A stretch of DNA of 64,000 nucleotides from Escherichia coli (GCF_046105845.1 NZ_CP151004.1), one strand, 5' to 3'. Counted from the stretch's first letter, positions 14,145-25,789 are shown. Notes: generated by a model from the letters alone, not told the origin. A program made the numbers and translations.

Positions 14145-14226
14145 GTAGGCATGATAAGACGCACAAGCGTCGCATCAGGCATGGTGCACCGGATGTCGGA
14201 TGCGGCGCGAACGCCTTATCCTAGGC
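14145..14226. repeat. REP/BIME palindromic units between convergent yohF and yohD
   Basis: Two canonical REP units (GCCTGATGCGACGCTTGTGCGTCTTATCATGCCTACC on the minus strand; CGGATGCGGCGCGAACGCCTTATCC). Confidence 0.7.
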
Positions 14227-14233
14227 AATGGTT

Positions 14234-14812
14234 TTACGCCTGATTATCCGGCTTTTTCTTCCCGCGTCGTTTCAGCCACCAGCGCACGCCTACCACCAGA
14301 ACCACGACCAGAATCAACCAGACCCAGTGTTTCAAATGCTGGTCGAGATTGTGCAACCACGGCGCAATCACCTGACCACCAGCGTAACCGATAGTTGTAA
14401 AAATCAACGCCCAGGCAAATGCGCCAAGGATATTCAGTGGCAGAAAGATTTTCGGCGGCAGCTGGCTGGCACCAATCAGCGTCGGGCCAATCACCCTAAA
14501 GCCATACATAAAACGCGTACCAATGACAAACAGATACGGATGGCGTTGGATAAGTTTCTGCGCCCGCTCAATTTTATCCTGATGTTTCGAGAAACGGCGT
14601 AATAGCTTGCCGCCAAAGCGCCGCCCGCACAGATAAAGCACCTGGTCGCCAATCATGCCGCCAAGCGCCACAGAAAGTACCACCAGCGGGAACTTTAATA
14701 GCCCCTGATGTGCCGCAACGCCTCCCAGCAAAGTCACGGTTTCACCTTCCGCCAGGCTACCGATCACCAGCGCGGCATAACCATATTGTGAGATGAGTGT
14801 ATTGAGATCCAT
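14234..14812 (-). CDS. yohD: DedA-family inner-membrane protein YohD
   Basis: Start at MDLNTLISQYGY gives 192 aa; DedA/SNARE-associated family sequence. Confidence 0.88.
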   Translation of the reverse strand: MDLNTLISQYGYAALVIGSLAEGETVTLLGGVAAHQGLLKFPLVVLSVALGGMIGDQVLYLCGRRFGGKLLRRFSKHQDKIERAQKLIQRHPYLFVIGTRFMYGFRVIGPTLIGASQLPPKIFLPLNILGAFAWALIFTTIGYAGGQVIAPWLHNLDQHLKHWVWLILVVVLVVGVRWWLKRRGKKKPDNQA

Positions 14813-14981
14813 AGGCCAGTCTGTCTCCCTTTGGTTGCCTGTAAGCATACACCCTGTAAATCATTCACGCTGAAAAAGGACGTACATCAGACGGTGCAAA
14901 TTACATGAGCGAACAAAAAATAATCACAAGCTGACTTATACTTGAACTGTCAGGTTCATGAACTCACAACAAGGGGGCGGT

Positions 14982-15569
14982 ATGAGCCATGTCTGGGGAC
15001 TGTTTTCCCATCCCGATCGTGAAATGCAGGTGATTAATCGCGAAAACGAAACGATTTCTCATCACTACACCCACCACGTTTTGCTGATGGCGGCGATTCC
15101 GGTGATTTGCGCCTTCATTGGCACTACACAGATTGGCTGGAATTTTGGCGATGGCACTATCCTGAAGTTATCCTGGTTTACCGGACTGGCGCTGGCTGTC
15201 CTGTTTTATGGCGTTATGCTGGCTGGGGTTGCGGTGATGGGGCGGGTCATCTGGTGGATGGCGCGCAATTACCCACAGCGTCCGTCACTTGCGCACTGCA
15301 TGGTCTTCGCGGGCTACGTTGCAACTCCGCTGTTTTTAAGCGGTCTGGTGGCGCTTTATCCGCTGGTCTGGTTGTGTGCGCTGGTCGGCACGGTGGCGCT
15401 GTTTTACACCGGCTACCTGCTGTATCTCGGTATTCCGAGCTTCCTGAATATCAACAAAGAGGAAGGCCTTAGCTTCTCCAGTTCGACGCTGGCGATTGGC
15501 GTGCTGGTACTGGAAGTGCTGCTCGCCCTTACCGTTATACTATGGGGTTACGGTTATCGTTTGTTCTAG
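14982..15569 (+). CDS. yohC: Yip1-family inner-membrane protein YohC
   Basis: Start at MSHVWGLF gives 195 aa; polytopic membrane protein. Confidence 0.85.
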   Translation: MSHVWGLFSHPDREMQVINRENETISHHYTHHVLLMAAIPVICAFIGTTQIGWNFGDGTILKLSWFTGLALAVLFYGVMLAGVAVMGRVIWWMARNYPQRPSLAHCMVFAGYVATPLFLSGLVALYPLVWLCALVGTVALFYTGYLLYLGIPSFLNINKEEGLSFSSSTLAIGVLVLEVLLALTVILWGYGYRLF

Positions 15570-15742
15570 AAAGTTCTTTTGTGTTGCATTGCTGGCGTAA
15601 ATGTCAGCAATGCAGCATTTCCTCACGATTCTCCTTTGACGATCGCACTTTTTGCTCGTTATGATGGCGTCGCTAGCCTCAGTAAATCCTTACTCCGGCG
15701 GTGCGCAACCCGTGCGCGTGAACCACTATCTGAATGCTCATC

Positions 15743-16675
15743 ATGCCGAAATTTCGAGTTTCTTTATTTAGCCTGGCCCTGATGCTGGCTGTGCCTTTTG
15801 CACCGCAGGCCGTTGCGAAAACGGCAACCGCTACCACCGCTTCACAACCGGAAATTGCCTCCGGTAGCGCGATGATTGTTGATCTGAATACCAACAAAGT
15901 GATCTATTCGAACCACCCGGATCTGGTGCGTCCGATTGCGTCTATCAGCAAATTAATGACCGCGATGGTTGTGCTGGATGCGCGACTGCCGCTGGATGAA
16001 AAACTAAAAGTGGATATCAGCCAGACGCCGGAGATGAAAGGGGTCTATTCGCGCGTACGACTGAATAGCGAAATCAGCCGTAAAGATATGCTGTTGTTGG
16101 CGCTGATGTCTTCAGAAAACCGCGCGGCGGCAAGCCTTGCGCACCATTATCCCGGTGGTTACAAAGCCTTTATTAAGGCGATGAATGCGAAAGCGAAATC
16201 GCTCGGAATGAACAACACGCGCTTTGTTGAACCGACCGGATTGTCGGTGCATAACGTTTCAACCGCCCGTGACTTAACCAAACTGCTCATTGCCAGCAAA
16301 CAATATCCGTTGATCGGGCAGTTAAGTACTACCCGGGAAGATATGGCAACCTTCTCTAACCCGACGTATACGCTGCCGTTCCGCAATACTAACCATCTGG
16401 TGTATCGCGATAACTGGAATATTCAGTTAACCAAAACCGGCTTTACCAATGCGGCGGGCCATTGTCTGGTGATGCGTACGGTTATCAATAATAAACCGGT
16501 GGCGCTGGTAGTGATGGACGCGTTTGGCAAATATACCCATTTTGCCGATGCCAGCCGCCTGCGTACCTGGATTGAAACCGGTAAAGTGATGCCTGTTCCG
16601 GCAGCAGCGTTGAGCTATAAAAAACAAAAAGCCGCCCAGATGGCGGCGGCGGGGCAGACGGCACAGAACGATTAA
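15743..16675 (+). CDS. pbpG: D-alanyl-D-alanine endopeptidase (PBP7)
   Basis: Start at [11 protein letters not shown] gives 310 aa; signal peptide and SISK (SxxK) active-site motif. Confidence 0.93.
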   Translation: MPKFRVSLFSLALMLAVPFAPQAVAKTATATTASQPEIASGSAMIVDLNTNKVIYSNHPDLVRPIASISKLMTAMVVLDARLPLDEKLKVDISQTPEMKGVYSRVRLNSEISRKDMLLLALMSSENRAAASLAHHYPGGYKAFIKAMNAKAKSLGMNNTRFVEPTGLSVHNVSTARDLTKLLIASKQYPLIGQLSTTREDMATFSNPTYTLPFRNTNHLVYRDNWNIQLTKTGFTNAAGHCLVMRTVINNKPVALVVMDAFGKYTHFADASRLRTWIETGKVMPVPAAALSYKKQKAAQMAAAGQTAQND

Positions 16676-16682
16676 ATGAATG

Positions 16683-16716
16683 ACGGATGGCGATACTCTG
16701 CCATCCGTAATTTTTA
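16683..16716 (+). terminator. Intrinsic terminator between convergent pbpG and dld
   Basis: ACGGATGGC-gatactct-GCCATCCGT stem followed by AATTTTTAC. Confidence 0.5.
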
Positions 16717-18429
16717 CTCCACTTCCTGCCAGTTTTTCCGCTTACTGGTTTTACCGATCCCCGGATTCATGCTGTTGGTCGGATCGTTCTCGCGATAAAA
16801 CTTCTGCAACGTCTCCGGTGCTTTATACAAATGACCGACGTTATGCTCGGCAGGGTACTGCGCGCCGCGCTGCTGTAGCAGTTCCAGCATCTGTTCTTTC
16901 AACGCATGCACATCCACGCCTTTTTTAACGATGTAATCCTGATGGAAGACATAGCACATAAAATGGCCGTAATAGAGCTTGTGCACCAGCTGGCTGTCGA
17001 TCTCCGGCGGTAAATGCTCATACCACTCGGTGTCGTTACGCCGCAGAGCGATATCCAGTGCCAGAATGTCTTCGACTTCATCGGAATGCACCGCCTGATA
17101 ACGAATTGCTGCGCCCGCAGCGGCGAAACGGTGTAAAAACGCTTTGCTACCTTCCTCCGGCGTACAGACAAAGAAATCGCCTTCGGCCTGTTTGAAATAA
17201 TCCACCAGCCACGATTTGGCTTCACCGACGCCATCGCCCGCCATTTTTAACAGCAGATGATGTTCGTATTTATCGCGCCAGTTTTTCATGCGCGGCGGTA
17301 AATGGCTGGGGAACAGGTGACCGAATTTTTGCATCGCACGGTCGGTAAAATGCGGACGGAAGAATTTCACTTTCTCCAGCATCGCATCGGTGCGCCCCTT
17401 GAGATTAAAGAAGAACGGCATCTTGTCGGTGCCTAACTTATCAATCATCAGGAAGGTGTCTTTGCCGTATTTTTCCGCAATATCGTAGATATCCCGGTGC
17501 ATATATTCCCCGGCAACCGGCAGATTTTCGAAATTAGCCAGAATATGACGGCGGATTTCGGTCAGTACTTCCGGCTGGTTGGTGCCGATATAAAACACCT
17601 GCTGATTTTTTTCCGCTTCGAAGGTATCAAGACGTACCGCAAAGACGGCCAGCTTCCCGGCGCAACCAGAAGATTCAAATAACCGATCCGGATCGGCGTT
17701 ATAACGTGCAGGCGTGTCGGCTTCAATATCACGAACGCGGTGGACATAGTCATAATCGTGGGCGTGACGACCATCGTGACGCACATCGTCATCTTTGATG
17801 CGATCGTCATCCAGCTTGCTAAGGATCTGCTCCGGCGTTTCGCCCAGATCAATCCCGAGATGGTTAACCAGCGTCAGCTTGCCATCTTCATTTATACGCG
17901 CGAATAACGACATTTCGGTATACGCCGGGCCACGTTGCACCAACGAGCCGCCGGAGTTGTTACAAATACCGCCGATGACCGATGCGCCTATACACGATGA
18001 TCCAATCACTGAGTGCGGTTCGCGTCCCAGCGGTTTGAGGGCTTTTTCCAGCGAATAAAGCGTGGTGCCCGGATAGGCCAGCACCTGTTCGCCCTTGCCA
18101 AGAACGTGCAGCTTGTCGAGACGCAGGGTGCTGATGATCACGATATCGCGATCATAGTCGTTACCGTTTGGCGTCGAGCCTTCGGTCAGACCTGTATTGG
18201 CAGCCTGCATCAGAATAATTTTGTCGGCGGTGACGCAGGCTTTCAGCACCCGCCACAATTCCAGTAGTGAGCTAGGGAAAACGACAGCCAGCGCGTCGCC
18301 CTGACCAGAACGGAAGCCCTTGCGATAGCGGGCCGTTTTTGCGGGATCGGTGAGCAGGTGTGAATGACCGACCAGACGGGCAAGTTCATTCAAAAAGGCT
18401 TTATTATCAATTGTTGTCATGGAAGACAT
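16714..18429 (-). CDS. dld: FAD-dependent D-lactate dehydrogenase
   Basis: Start at MSSMTTIDNKAFLNELARLVG gives 571 aa. Confidence 0.95.
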   Translation of the reverse strand: MSSMTTIDNKAFLNELARLVGHSHLLTDPAKTARYRKGFRSGQGDALAVVFPSSLLELWRVLKACVTADKIILMQAANTGLTEGSTPNGNDYDRDIVIISTLRLDKLHVLGKGEQVLAYPGTTLYSLEKALKPLGREPHSVIGSSCIGASVIGGICNNSGGSLVQRGPAYTEMSLFARINEDGKLTLVNHLGIDLGETPEQILSKLDDDRIKDDDVRHDGRHAHDYDYVHRVRDIEADTPARYNADPDRLFESSGCAGKLAVFAVRLDTFEAEKNQQVFYIGTNQPEVLTEIRRHILANFENLPVAGEYMHRDIYDIAEKYGKDTFLMIDKLGTDKMPFFFNLKGRTDAMLEKVKFFRPHFTDRAMQKFGHLFPSHLPPRMKNWRDKYEHHLLLKMAGDGVGEAKSWLVDYFKQAEGDFFVCTPEEGSKAFLHRFAAAGAAIRYQAVHSDEVEDILALDIALRRNDTEWYEHLPPEIDSQLVHKLYYGHFMCYVFHQDYIVKKGVDVHALKEQMLELLQQRGAQYPAEHNVGHLYKAPETLQKFYRENDPTNSMNPGIGKTSKRKNWQEVE

Positions 18430-18624
18430 TTTCCACTCCTTGTGGTGGCGAAAAAATATCACAACCTAGAATAGCGCCTTGTATGACAATTCAGCGAGTG
18501 AATATTTTGAAAATTCAGACAATAAACTGAGCATTCTTTTTCTCTCTCCATCATGCTTATGGCAAACTACGGTTTTTGCACCATTTTCGCTGCCACGTCG
18601 GGCAACAAAGGAAGAAAAATCCAT

Positions 18625-20922
18625 ATGAAATGGCTATGTTCAGTAGGAATCGCGGTGAGTCTGGCCCTGCAGCCAGCACTGGCGGATGATTTATTCGGTA
18701 ACCATCCATTAACGCCTGAAGCGCGGGATGCGTTCGTCACCGAACTGCTTAAGAAAATGACAGTTGATGAGAAAATTGGTCAGCTGCGCTTAATCAGCGT
18801 CGGCCCCGATAACCCGAAAGAGGCGATCCGCGAGATGATCAAAGACGGTCAGGTTGGGGCGATTTTCAACACCGTAACCCGTCAGGATATCCGCGCCATG
18901 CAGGATCAGGTGATGGAATTAAGCCGCCTGAAAATTCCTCTTTTCTTTGCTTACGACGTGCTGCACGGTCAGCGCACGGTGTTCCCGATTAGCCTCGGTC
19001 TGGCCTCGTCTTTTAACCTCGATGCGGTGAAAACGGTCGGACGTGTCTCTGCTTATGAAGCGGCAGATGATGGCCTGAATATGACCTGGGCACCAATGGT
19101 CGATGTTTCGCGCGATCCGCGCTGGGGACGTGCTTCCGAAGGTTTTGGCGAAGATACGTATCTCACCTCAATAATGGGTAAAACCATGGTGGAAGCGATG
19201 CAGGGTAAAAGTCCGGCAGATCGCTACTCGGTGATGACCAGCGTCAAACACTTTGCCGCTTACGGCGCGGTAGAAGGCGGTAAAGAGTACAACACCGTCG
19301 ATATGAGTCCGCAGCGCCTGTTTAATGATTATATGCCGCCGTACAAAGCGGGGCTGGACGCAGGCAGCGGCGCAGTGATGGTGGCGCTGAACTCGCTGAA
19401 CGGTACGCCAGCCACCTCCGACTCCTGGCTGCTGAAAGATGTTCTGCGCGACCAGTGGGGCTTTAAAGGCATCACCGTTTCCGATCACGGCGCAATCAAA
19501 GAGCTGATTAAACACGGCACGGCGGCAGATCCGGAAGATGCGGTGCGCGTGGCGCTTAAGTCCGGGATCAACATGAGCATGAGCGACGAGTATTACTCGA
19601 AGTATCTGCCTGGGTTGATCAAATCCGGCAAAGTGACCATGGCAGAGCTGGACGATGCTGCCCGCCATGTACTGAACGTTAAATATGATATGGGGTTGTT
19701 TAACGACCCATACAGCCATCTCGGTCCGAAAGAGTCTGACCCGGTGGATACCAATGCCGAAAGCCGCCTGCACCGCAAAGAAGCGCGTGAAGTGGCACGC
19801 GAAAGCCTGGTGTTGCTGAAAAACCGTCTCGAAACGTTACCGCTGAAAAAATCAGCCACCATTGCGGTGGTTGGGCCACTGGCGGACAGCAAACGTGACG
19901 TGATGGGCAGCTGGTCCGCAGCCGGTGTTGCCGATCAATCCGTGACCGTACTGACCGGGATTAAAAATGCCGTCGGTGAAAACGGTAAAGTGCTGTACGC
20001 CAAAGGGGCGAACGTCACCAGTGACAAAGGCATTATCGATTTCCTGAATCAGTATGAAGAGGCGGTCAAAGTCGATCCGCGTTCGCCGCAAGAGATGATT
20101 GATGAAGCGGTGCAAACCGCGAAACAATCTGATGTGGTGGTGGCTGTGGTCGGTGAAGCTCAGGGGATGGCGCACGAGGCCTCCAGCCGTACCGATATTA
20201 CTATTCCGCAAAGCCAACGTGACTTGATTGCGGCGTTGAAAGCCACTGGTAAACCGCTGGTGCTGGTGCTGATGAATGGGCGTCCGCTGGCGCTGGTGAA
20301 AGAAGATCAGCAGGCTGATGCGATTCTGGAAACCTGGTTTGCGGGTACGGAAGGGGGTAATGCGATTGCCGATGTATTGTTTGGCGATTACAACCCGTCC
20401 GGTAAGCTACCGATGTCCTTCCCGCGTTCTGTCGGGCAGATCCCGGTGTACTACAGCCATCTGAATACCGGGCGTCCGTATAATGCCGACAAGCCGAACA
20501 AATATACATCGCGTTATTTTGATGAAGCTAACGGGGCGCTGTATCCGTTCGGCTATGGTCTGAGCTATACCACCTTCACCGTCTCTGATGTGAAACTTTC
20601 CGCGCCGACCATGAAGCGTGACGGCAAAGTGACCGCCAGTGTGCAGGTGACGAACACCGGTAAGCGCGAAGGGGCGGCGGTAGTGCAGATGTACTTGCAG
20701 GATGTGACGGCTTCCATGAGTCGTCCGGTGAAGCAGCTGAAAGGCTTTGAGAAAATCACCCTGAAATCGGGCGAAACTCAGACCATCAGCTTCCCGATTG
20801 ATATCGAGGCGCTGAAGTTCTGGAATCAACAGATGAAATATGACGCCGAGCCTGGCAAGTTCAACGTCTTTATCGGCACTGATTCCGCACGCGTTAAGAA
20901 AGGCGAGTTTGAGTTGCTGTAA
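18625..20922 (+). CDS. bglX: Periplasmic beta-glucosidase (GH3)
   Basis: Start at MKWLCSVGIAVSLA (signal peptide) gives 765 aa; GH3 family sequence. Confidence 0.95.
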   Translation: MKWLCSVGIAVSLALQPALADDLFGNHPLTPEARDAFVTELLKKMTVDEKIGQLRLISVGPDNPKEAIREMIKDGQVGAIFNTVTRQDIRAMQDQVMELSRLKIPLFFAYDVLHGQRTVFPISLGLASSFNLDAVKTVGRVSAYEAADDGLNMTWAPMVDVSRDPRWGRASEGFGEDTYLTSIMGKTMVEAMQGKSPADRYSVMTSVKHFAAYGAVEGGKEYNTVDMSPQRLFNDYMPPYKAGLDAGSGAVMVALNSLNGTPATSDSWLLKDVLRDQWGFKGITVSDHGAIKELIKHGTAADPEDAVRVALKSGINMSMSDEYYSKYLPGLIKSGKVTMAELDDAARHVLNVKYDMGLFNDPYSHLGPKESDPVDTNAESRLHRKEAREVARESLVLLKNRLETLPLKKSATIAVVGPLADSKRDVMGSWSAAGVADQSVTVLTGIKNAVGENGKVLYAKGANVTSDKGIIDFLNQYEEAVKVDPRSPQEMIDEAVQTAKQSDVVVAVVGEAQGMAHEASSRTDITIPQSQRDLIAALKATGKPLVLVLMNGRPLALVKEDQQADAILETWFAGTEGGNAIADVLFGDYNPSGKLPMSFPRSVGQIPVYYSHLNTGRPYNADKPNKYTSRYFDEANGALYPFGYGLSYTTFTVSDVKLSAPTMKRDGKVTASVQVTNTGKREGAAVVQMYLQDVTASMSRPVKQLKGFEKITLKSGETQTISFPIDIEALKFWNQQMKYDAEPGKFNVFIGTDSARVKKGEFELL

Positions 20923-20996
20923 TGCTTTAGTAAGGGCGCGACGTCTGCGCCCTTTGCCTGATGTTCATATCTTAACTTGCTGAATTTTCGCCCTTT

Positions 20997-21031
20997 GTAG
21001 GCCGGATAAGGCGCTCGCGCCGCATCCGGCA
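20997..21031. repeat. REP palindromic unit downstream of bglX
   Basis: GTAGGCCGGATAAGGCGCTCGCGCCGCATCCGGCA; a GC hairpin at 20933-20957 may terminate bglX. Confidence 0.6.
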
Positions 21032-21173
21032 GGAAACGCCGGACCGAATATGCCTCTTAAGTATTTATCTGATTCTGCAACTGAATCCGTCCGCTCAGGC
21101 TAACCCCACCATTATCAACTATGCTTTTCTCTTAATTCGCTGAAAACAACAGTAAAAGAATGAGGAAAGCATC

Positions 21174-22091
21174 ATGCCACTCTCAAAGGTCTGGGCCGGT
21201 TCACTGGTTATGTTGGCGGCCGTGAGCCTGCCGCTACAGGCAGCTTCTCCCGTTAAAGTCGGTTCAAAAATCGATACTGAAGGCGCGCTGCTCGGCAACA
21301 TTATTTTGCAAGTGCTGGAAAACCACGGCGTACCAACGGTCAATAAAGTGCAACTTGGAACGACTCCTGTGGTGCGCGGGGCGATCACTTCCGGTGAACT
21401 GGATATCTATCCGGAATATACCGGCAATGGCGCGTTTTTCTTTAAAGATGAAAACGATGCGGCGTGGAAAAATGCCGGGCAAGGCTACGAGAAAGTCAAA
21501 AAGCTCGATGCAGAGCAAAACAAGTTAATCTGGCTGACGCCTGCGCCTGCAAATAACACCTGGACCATCGCCGTGCGTCAGGATGTGGCAGAGAAAAACA
21601 AACTCACTTCGCTTGCTGACCTGAGTCGTTATCTGAAAGACGGTGGCACCTTCAAACTGGCGGCCTCAGCAGAGTTTATCGAACGCGCCGATGCGTTACC
21701 TGCGTTTGAAAAAGCCTATGGCTTTAAGCTCGGTCAGGATCAGTTGCTGTCACTGGCTGGTGGCGACACGGCGGTGACGATCAAAGCCGCTGCCCAGCAA
21801 ACCTCTGGCGTTAATGCCGCAATGGCTTACGGCACTGACGGCCCGGTCGCGGCGCTGGGGCTGCAAACCTTAAGCGATCCGCAAGGCGTGCAACCTATCT
21901 ACGCGCCTGCACCAGTGGTGCGTGAGTCGGTGTTGAAAGAGTATCCACAAATGGCACAGTGGCTACAGCCAGTCTTCGCCAGCCTCGATGAAAAAACATT
22001 GCAGCAACTGAATGCCAGCATTGCTGTGGAAGGACTGGATGCCAAAAAAGTGGCTGCCGACTACCTGAAACAAAAAGGGTGGACGAAGTAA
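21174..22091 (+). CDS. osmF: Glycine betaine ABC transporter periplasmic binding protein OsmF (YehZ)
   Basis: 305-aa ORF with signal peptide; first gene of a four-gene ABC operon. Confidence 0.92.
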   Translation: MPLSKVWAGSLVMLAAVSLPLQAASPVKVGSKIDTEGALLGNIILQVLENHGVPTVNKVQLGTTPVVRGAITSGELDIYPEYTGNGAFFFKDENDAAWKNAGQGYEKVKKLDAEQNKLIWLTPAPANNTWTIAVRQDVAEKNKLTSLADLSRYLKDGGTFKLAASAEFIERADALPAFEKAYGFKLGQDQLLSLAGGDTAVTIKAAAQQTSGVNAAMAYGTDGPVAALGLQTLSDPQGVQPIYAPAPVVRESVLKEYPQMAQWLQPVFASLDEKTLQQLNASIAVEGLDAKKVAADYLKQKGWTK

Positions 22092-22097
22092 TTTCCC

Positions 22098-23255
22098 GTG
22101 ACTTATCTACGTATTAATCCTGTTCTGGCGCTGCTGCTGTTGCTGACGGCAATCGCAGCGGCGCTGCCGTTTATCAGTTACGCGTCTAATCGTTTAGTTT
22201 CGGGTGAGGGGCGTCATCTCTGGCAGCTGTGGCCGCAAACGATCTGGATGCTGGTGGGCGTTGGTTGCGCCTGGCTGACCGCCTGTGTTATTCCCGGTAA
22301 AAAAGGCAGCATTTGTGCACTCATTCTGGCGCAATTCGTCTTCGTATTGCTGGTGTGGGGAGCTGGAAAGGCGGCGACACAACTGGCGCAAAATGGCAGT
22401 GCGCTGGCGCGTACCAGCCTCGGCAGTGGTTTCTGGCTGGCTGCGGCGCTGGCATTGCTGGCCTGTAGCGATGCCATCCGCCGAATCTCCACGCATCCGC
22501 TGTGGCGCTGGTTGTTGCATATGCAGATTGCCATCATTCCGCTGTGGTTGCTGTATTCCGGCGCGCTTAACGATCTCTCGCTAATGAAAGAATACGCCAA
22601 CCGTCAGGATGTGTTTGATGACGCGCTGGCGCAACATCTGACGTTGCTGTTTGGTGCGGTGCTGCCTGCGTTAGTGATTGGTGTGCCGCTGGGCGTCTGG
22701 TGCTACTTTTCCACTGCGCGGCAGGGGGCGATTTTTTCTCTGCTGAATGTCATTCAGACCGTGCCTTCGGTGGCGCTCTTTGGCCTGTTGATTGCGCCGC
22801 TTGCCGCGCTGGTTACGGCCTTTCCGTGGCTGGGTAAGCTCGGCATAGCAGGAACCGGAATGACACCCGCACTGATTGCGCTGGTGCTCTATGCCTTGCT
22901 GCCGCTGGTGCGCGGCGTGGTAGTCGGCTTGAACCAGATCCCGCGCGATGTGCTGGAGAGCGCCAGAGCGATGGGCATGAGCGGGGCGCAGCGATTCCTG
23001 CATGTTCAGTTACCGCTGGCGTTACCGGTATTTCTGCGCAGCCTGCGGGTGGTGATGGTGCAAACCGTCGGCATGGCGGTGATTGCGGCGTTAATCGGCG
23101 CAGGCGGTTTTGGGGCGCTGGTTTTCCAGGGGCTGCTAAGCAGTGCCATTGATTTAGTGTTGCTGGGGGTGATCCCGGTAATTGTTCTGGCGGTGCTGAT
23201 CGATGCGCTGTTCGATTTGCTTATCGCACTGCTGAAGGTGAAACGTAATGATTGA
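22098..23255 (+). CDS. yehY: ABC transporter permease YehY
   Basis: 385-aa membrane ORF, GTG start; overlaps yehX start. Confidence 0.92.
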   Translation: MTYLRINPVLALLLLLTAIAAALPFISYASNRLVSGEGRHLWQLWPQTIWMLVGVGCAWLTACVIPGKKGSICALILAQFVFVLLVWGAGKAATQLAQNGSALARTSLGSGFWLAAALALLACSDAIRRISTHPLWRWLLHMQIAIIPLWLLYSGALNDLSLMKEYANRQDVFDDALAQHLTLLFGAVLPALVIGVPLGVWCYFSTARQGAIFSLLNVIQTVPSVALFGLLIAPLAALVTAFPWLGKLGIAGTGMTPALIALVLYALLPLVRGVVVGLNQIPRDVLESARAMGMSGAQRFLHVQLPLALPVFLRSLRVVMVQTVGMAVIAALIGAGGFGALVFQGLLSSAIDLVLLGVIPVIVLAVLIDALFDLLIALLKVKRND

Positions 23256-24174
23256 ATTTAGCCATGTCAGCAAACTGTTCGGCGCACAAAAAGCCGTTAA
23301 CGATCTCAATCTCAATTTTCAGGAAGGGAGTTTTTCGGTGCTGATTGGCACATCTGGTTCCGGCAAATCCACCACCCTGAAAATGATTAACCGCCTGGTG
23401 GAGCATGACAGCGGCGTGATCCGCTTTGCCGGAGAAGAAATTCGCTCGCTGCCAGTACTGGAGTTGCGCCGCCGGATGGGCTACGCCATTCAATCTATTG
23501 GCCTGTTCCCCCACTGGAGCGTGGCGCAAAACATCGCTACCGTGCCGCAATTACAAAAATGGTCGCGGGCGCGGATTGACGATCGTATCGACGAATTAAT
23601 GGCGCTACTGGGGCTGGAGCCAAATTTGCGTGAGCGTTATCCGCATCAGCTTTCTGGCGGTCAGCAGCAACGTGTGGGAGTGGCGCGCGCACTGGCTGCC
23701 GATCCGCAAGTCTTACTGATGGATGAACCTTTTGGCGCACTGGACCCGGTAACGCGCGGCGCGTTGCAACAAGAGATGACGCGCATTCACCGTTTGCTGG
23801 GGCGCACTATTGTGCTGGTCACTCATGATATTGATGAGGCGCTACGGCTGGCAGAACATCTGGTGTTGATGGATCACGGTGAAGTGGTGCAGCAGGGCAA
23901 TCCGCTGACGATGCTGACTCGTCCGGCGAATGATTTTGTCCGCCAGTTTTTTGGGCATAGTGAACTGGGTGTCCGCCTGCTTTCGTTACGTAGCGTGGCG
24001 GATTACGTGCGTCGCGAAGAACGGGCAGAAGGTGAGGCGCTGGCAGAAGAGATGACGCTACGCGATGCGCTCTCCCTGTTTGTCGCGCGGGGATGTGAAG
24101 TGCTGCCGGTGGTGAACACGCAGGGCCAGCCTTGCGGCACGCTGCATTTTCAGGATCTGCTGGTGGAGGCGTAA
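23248..24174 (+). CDS. yehX: ABC transporter ATP-binding protein YehX
   Basis: 308 aa; Walker [10 protein letters not shown] and ABC signature LSGGQQQRV. Confidence 0.94.
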   Translation: MIEFSHVSKLFGAQKAVNDLNLNFQEGSFSVLIGTSGSGKSTTLKMINRLVEHDSGVIRFAGEEIRSLPVLELRRRMGYAIQSIGLFPHWSVAQNIATVPQLQKWSRARIDDRIDELMALLGLEPNLRERYPHQLSGGQQQRVGVARALAADPQVLLMDEPFGALDPVTRGALQQEMTRIHRLLGRTIVLVTHDIDEALRLAEHLVLMDHGEVVQQGNPLTMLTRPANDFVRQFFGHSELGVRLLSLRSVADYVRREERAEGEALAEEMTLRDALSLFVARGCEVLPVVNTQGQPCGTLHFQDLLVEA

Positions 24175-24178
24175 GCGT

Positions 24179-24910
24179 ATGAAGATGTTGCGCGATCCGC
24201 TGTTTTGGCTCATTGCTTTGTTTGTGGCACTGCTTTTCTGGCTGCCTTACAGCCAGCCGCTGTTTGCTGCTTTGTTCCCACAACTGCCACGACCCGTTTA
24301 TCAGCAGGAAAGCTTTGCAGCTCTGGCACTGGCTCATTTCTGGCTGGTGGGAATTTCGAGTTTGTTTGCGGTGATCATTGGTACTGGTGCCGGAATTATT
24401 GTTACTCGCCCGTGGGGCGCGGAATTTCGCCCACTGGTGGAAACTATTGCCGCCGTTGGGCAGACTTTTCCGCCCGTTGCGGTGCTGGCGATTGCCGTTC
24501 CGGTGATTGGGTTTGGTCTGCAACCCGCGATTATCGCCTTGATCCTTTACGGTGTGCTGCCCGTCCTGCAGGCGACACTTGCCGGGCTGGGAGCGATTGA
24601 TGCCAGCGTGACAGAAGTTGCGAAAGGTATGGGAATGAGCCGTGGTCAGCGACTGCGTAAGGTCGAGCTACCGCTGGCGGCTCCGGTGATTCTGGCGGGC
24701 GTGCGAACTTCGGTGATTATCAACATTGGTACGGCGACGATCGCCTCAACGGTAGGGGCCAGCACGCTGGGTACGCCGATCATCATCGGGCTTAGCGGAT
24801 TTAATACCGCGTATGTGATCCAGGGGGCGTTACTGGTGGCACTGGCGGCGATCATTGCAGACCGCCTGTTTGAAAGGCTGGTGCAGGCGCTTAGCCAGCA
24901 CGCAAAATAA
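24179..24910 (+). CDS. yehW: ABC transporter permease YehW
   Basis: 243-aa membrane ORF. Confidence 0.92.
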
Positions 24911-24998
24911 AGGTATAACCTGCGAGCATGACGCCACCAATTCCGCCTAACGCCATAAACAGGAACAGGGCGATGACCCCAATTTTAGCTATGCGCAT
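24891..24998 (-). CDS. yohO: Small membrane protein YohO (35 aa)
   Basis: Hand translation gives [35 protein letters not shown]; GGAG Shine-Dalgarno upstream; its 3' end overlaps the yehW 3' end by 20 nt. Confidence 0.6.
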
Positions 24999-25057
24999 AA
25001 TGCACTCCTTATGTTAACGAAAGGATTGTACAGTAAAGCGCATTTGTTAACGAATCA

Positions 25058-25789
25058 TTAAATGCCGAGTGGGAAAATATCATGGCCTTGTTCCTGCCAA
25101 CTGGTGAGTTGCTGCTGTTGGGCGGAGGTTCGATTTTCACCGCACCACACCAGCAATGTACGGCCTTCGAACAGTTCAGGGCGTAGTTGATTGAGCGAGT
25201 GGGCGAGGACATCAATGCGCCATCCTTGTTGACTGGCAATCCAGCCCTCCAGCCACAGACGGGTGGTATCATGAATATTCCAGCCAACCACCAACGCATC
25301 TTTACCCTGTTTTTTACGTGCCGAAGCCAGGCAAATGGCGATGTAGTTGATCAGTACGCCGTCGAGGATCGCCAGCAGCGCCTGGAGAGTCGGTTGTTGG
25401 CACTGAAGTCGTCGGCGCAGAGGAATAAACAGATGTGTGGTGAGCGTCTGGGCGGGGTAATCCTGACCGCGCTCTTTGATCCACGTTCGCAGGCTATGCA
25501 GATTGCCGCTTTGCAGGTAAGTCAGTAATGTTTCTTGCTGATCGCGCCAGCCGTTCTGCACATCAACATTTTCATTACTGAGCAGCATTTTAACTTTGCT
25601 GACCTGCACGCCGTTGTCGATCCAGCGTTTGATCTCGCGGATCCGGTCAATATCGGCATCATTGAACAGCCGATGACCGCCGTCTGTCCGTTGCGGTTTC
25701 AGCAATCCGTAACGCCTCTGCCACGCGCGTAACGTGACAGGGTTAATATCACAAAGCAACGCCACTTCACCAATTGTGTAAAGCGCCAT
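25058..25789 (-). CDS. mlrA: MerR-family transcriptional regulator MlrA
   Basis: 243 aa; N-terminal MerR helix-turn-helix (MALYTIGEVALLCDINPVTLRAWQRRYGLL). Confidence 0.93.
   Translation of the reverse strand: MALYTIGEVALLCDINPVTLRAWQRRYGLLKPQRTDGGHRLFNDADIDRIREIKRWIDNGVQVSKVKMLLSNENVDVQNGWRDQQETLLTYLQSGNLHSLRTWIKERGQDYPAQTLTTHLFIPLRRRLQCQQPTLQALLAILDGVLINYIAICLASARKKQGKDALVVGWNIHDTTRLWLEGWIASQQGWRIDVLAHSLNQLRPELFEGRTLLVWCGENRTSAQQQQLTSWQEQGHDIFPLGI

Noticed and set aside
23819-24523. 234-codon minus-strand ORF
   Set aside because: Antisense to yehX and yehW with a low-complexity Asn/Arg/Gln/Pro-rich translation; the sense-strand ABC genes explain the region.
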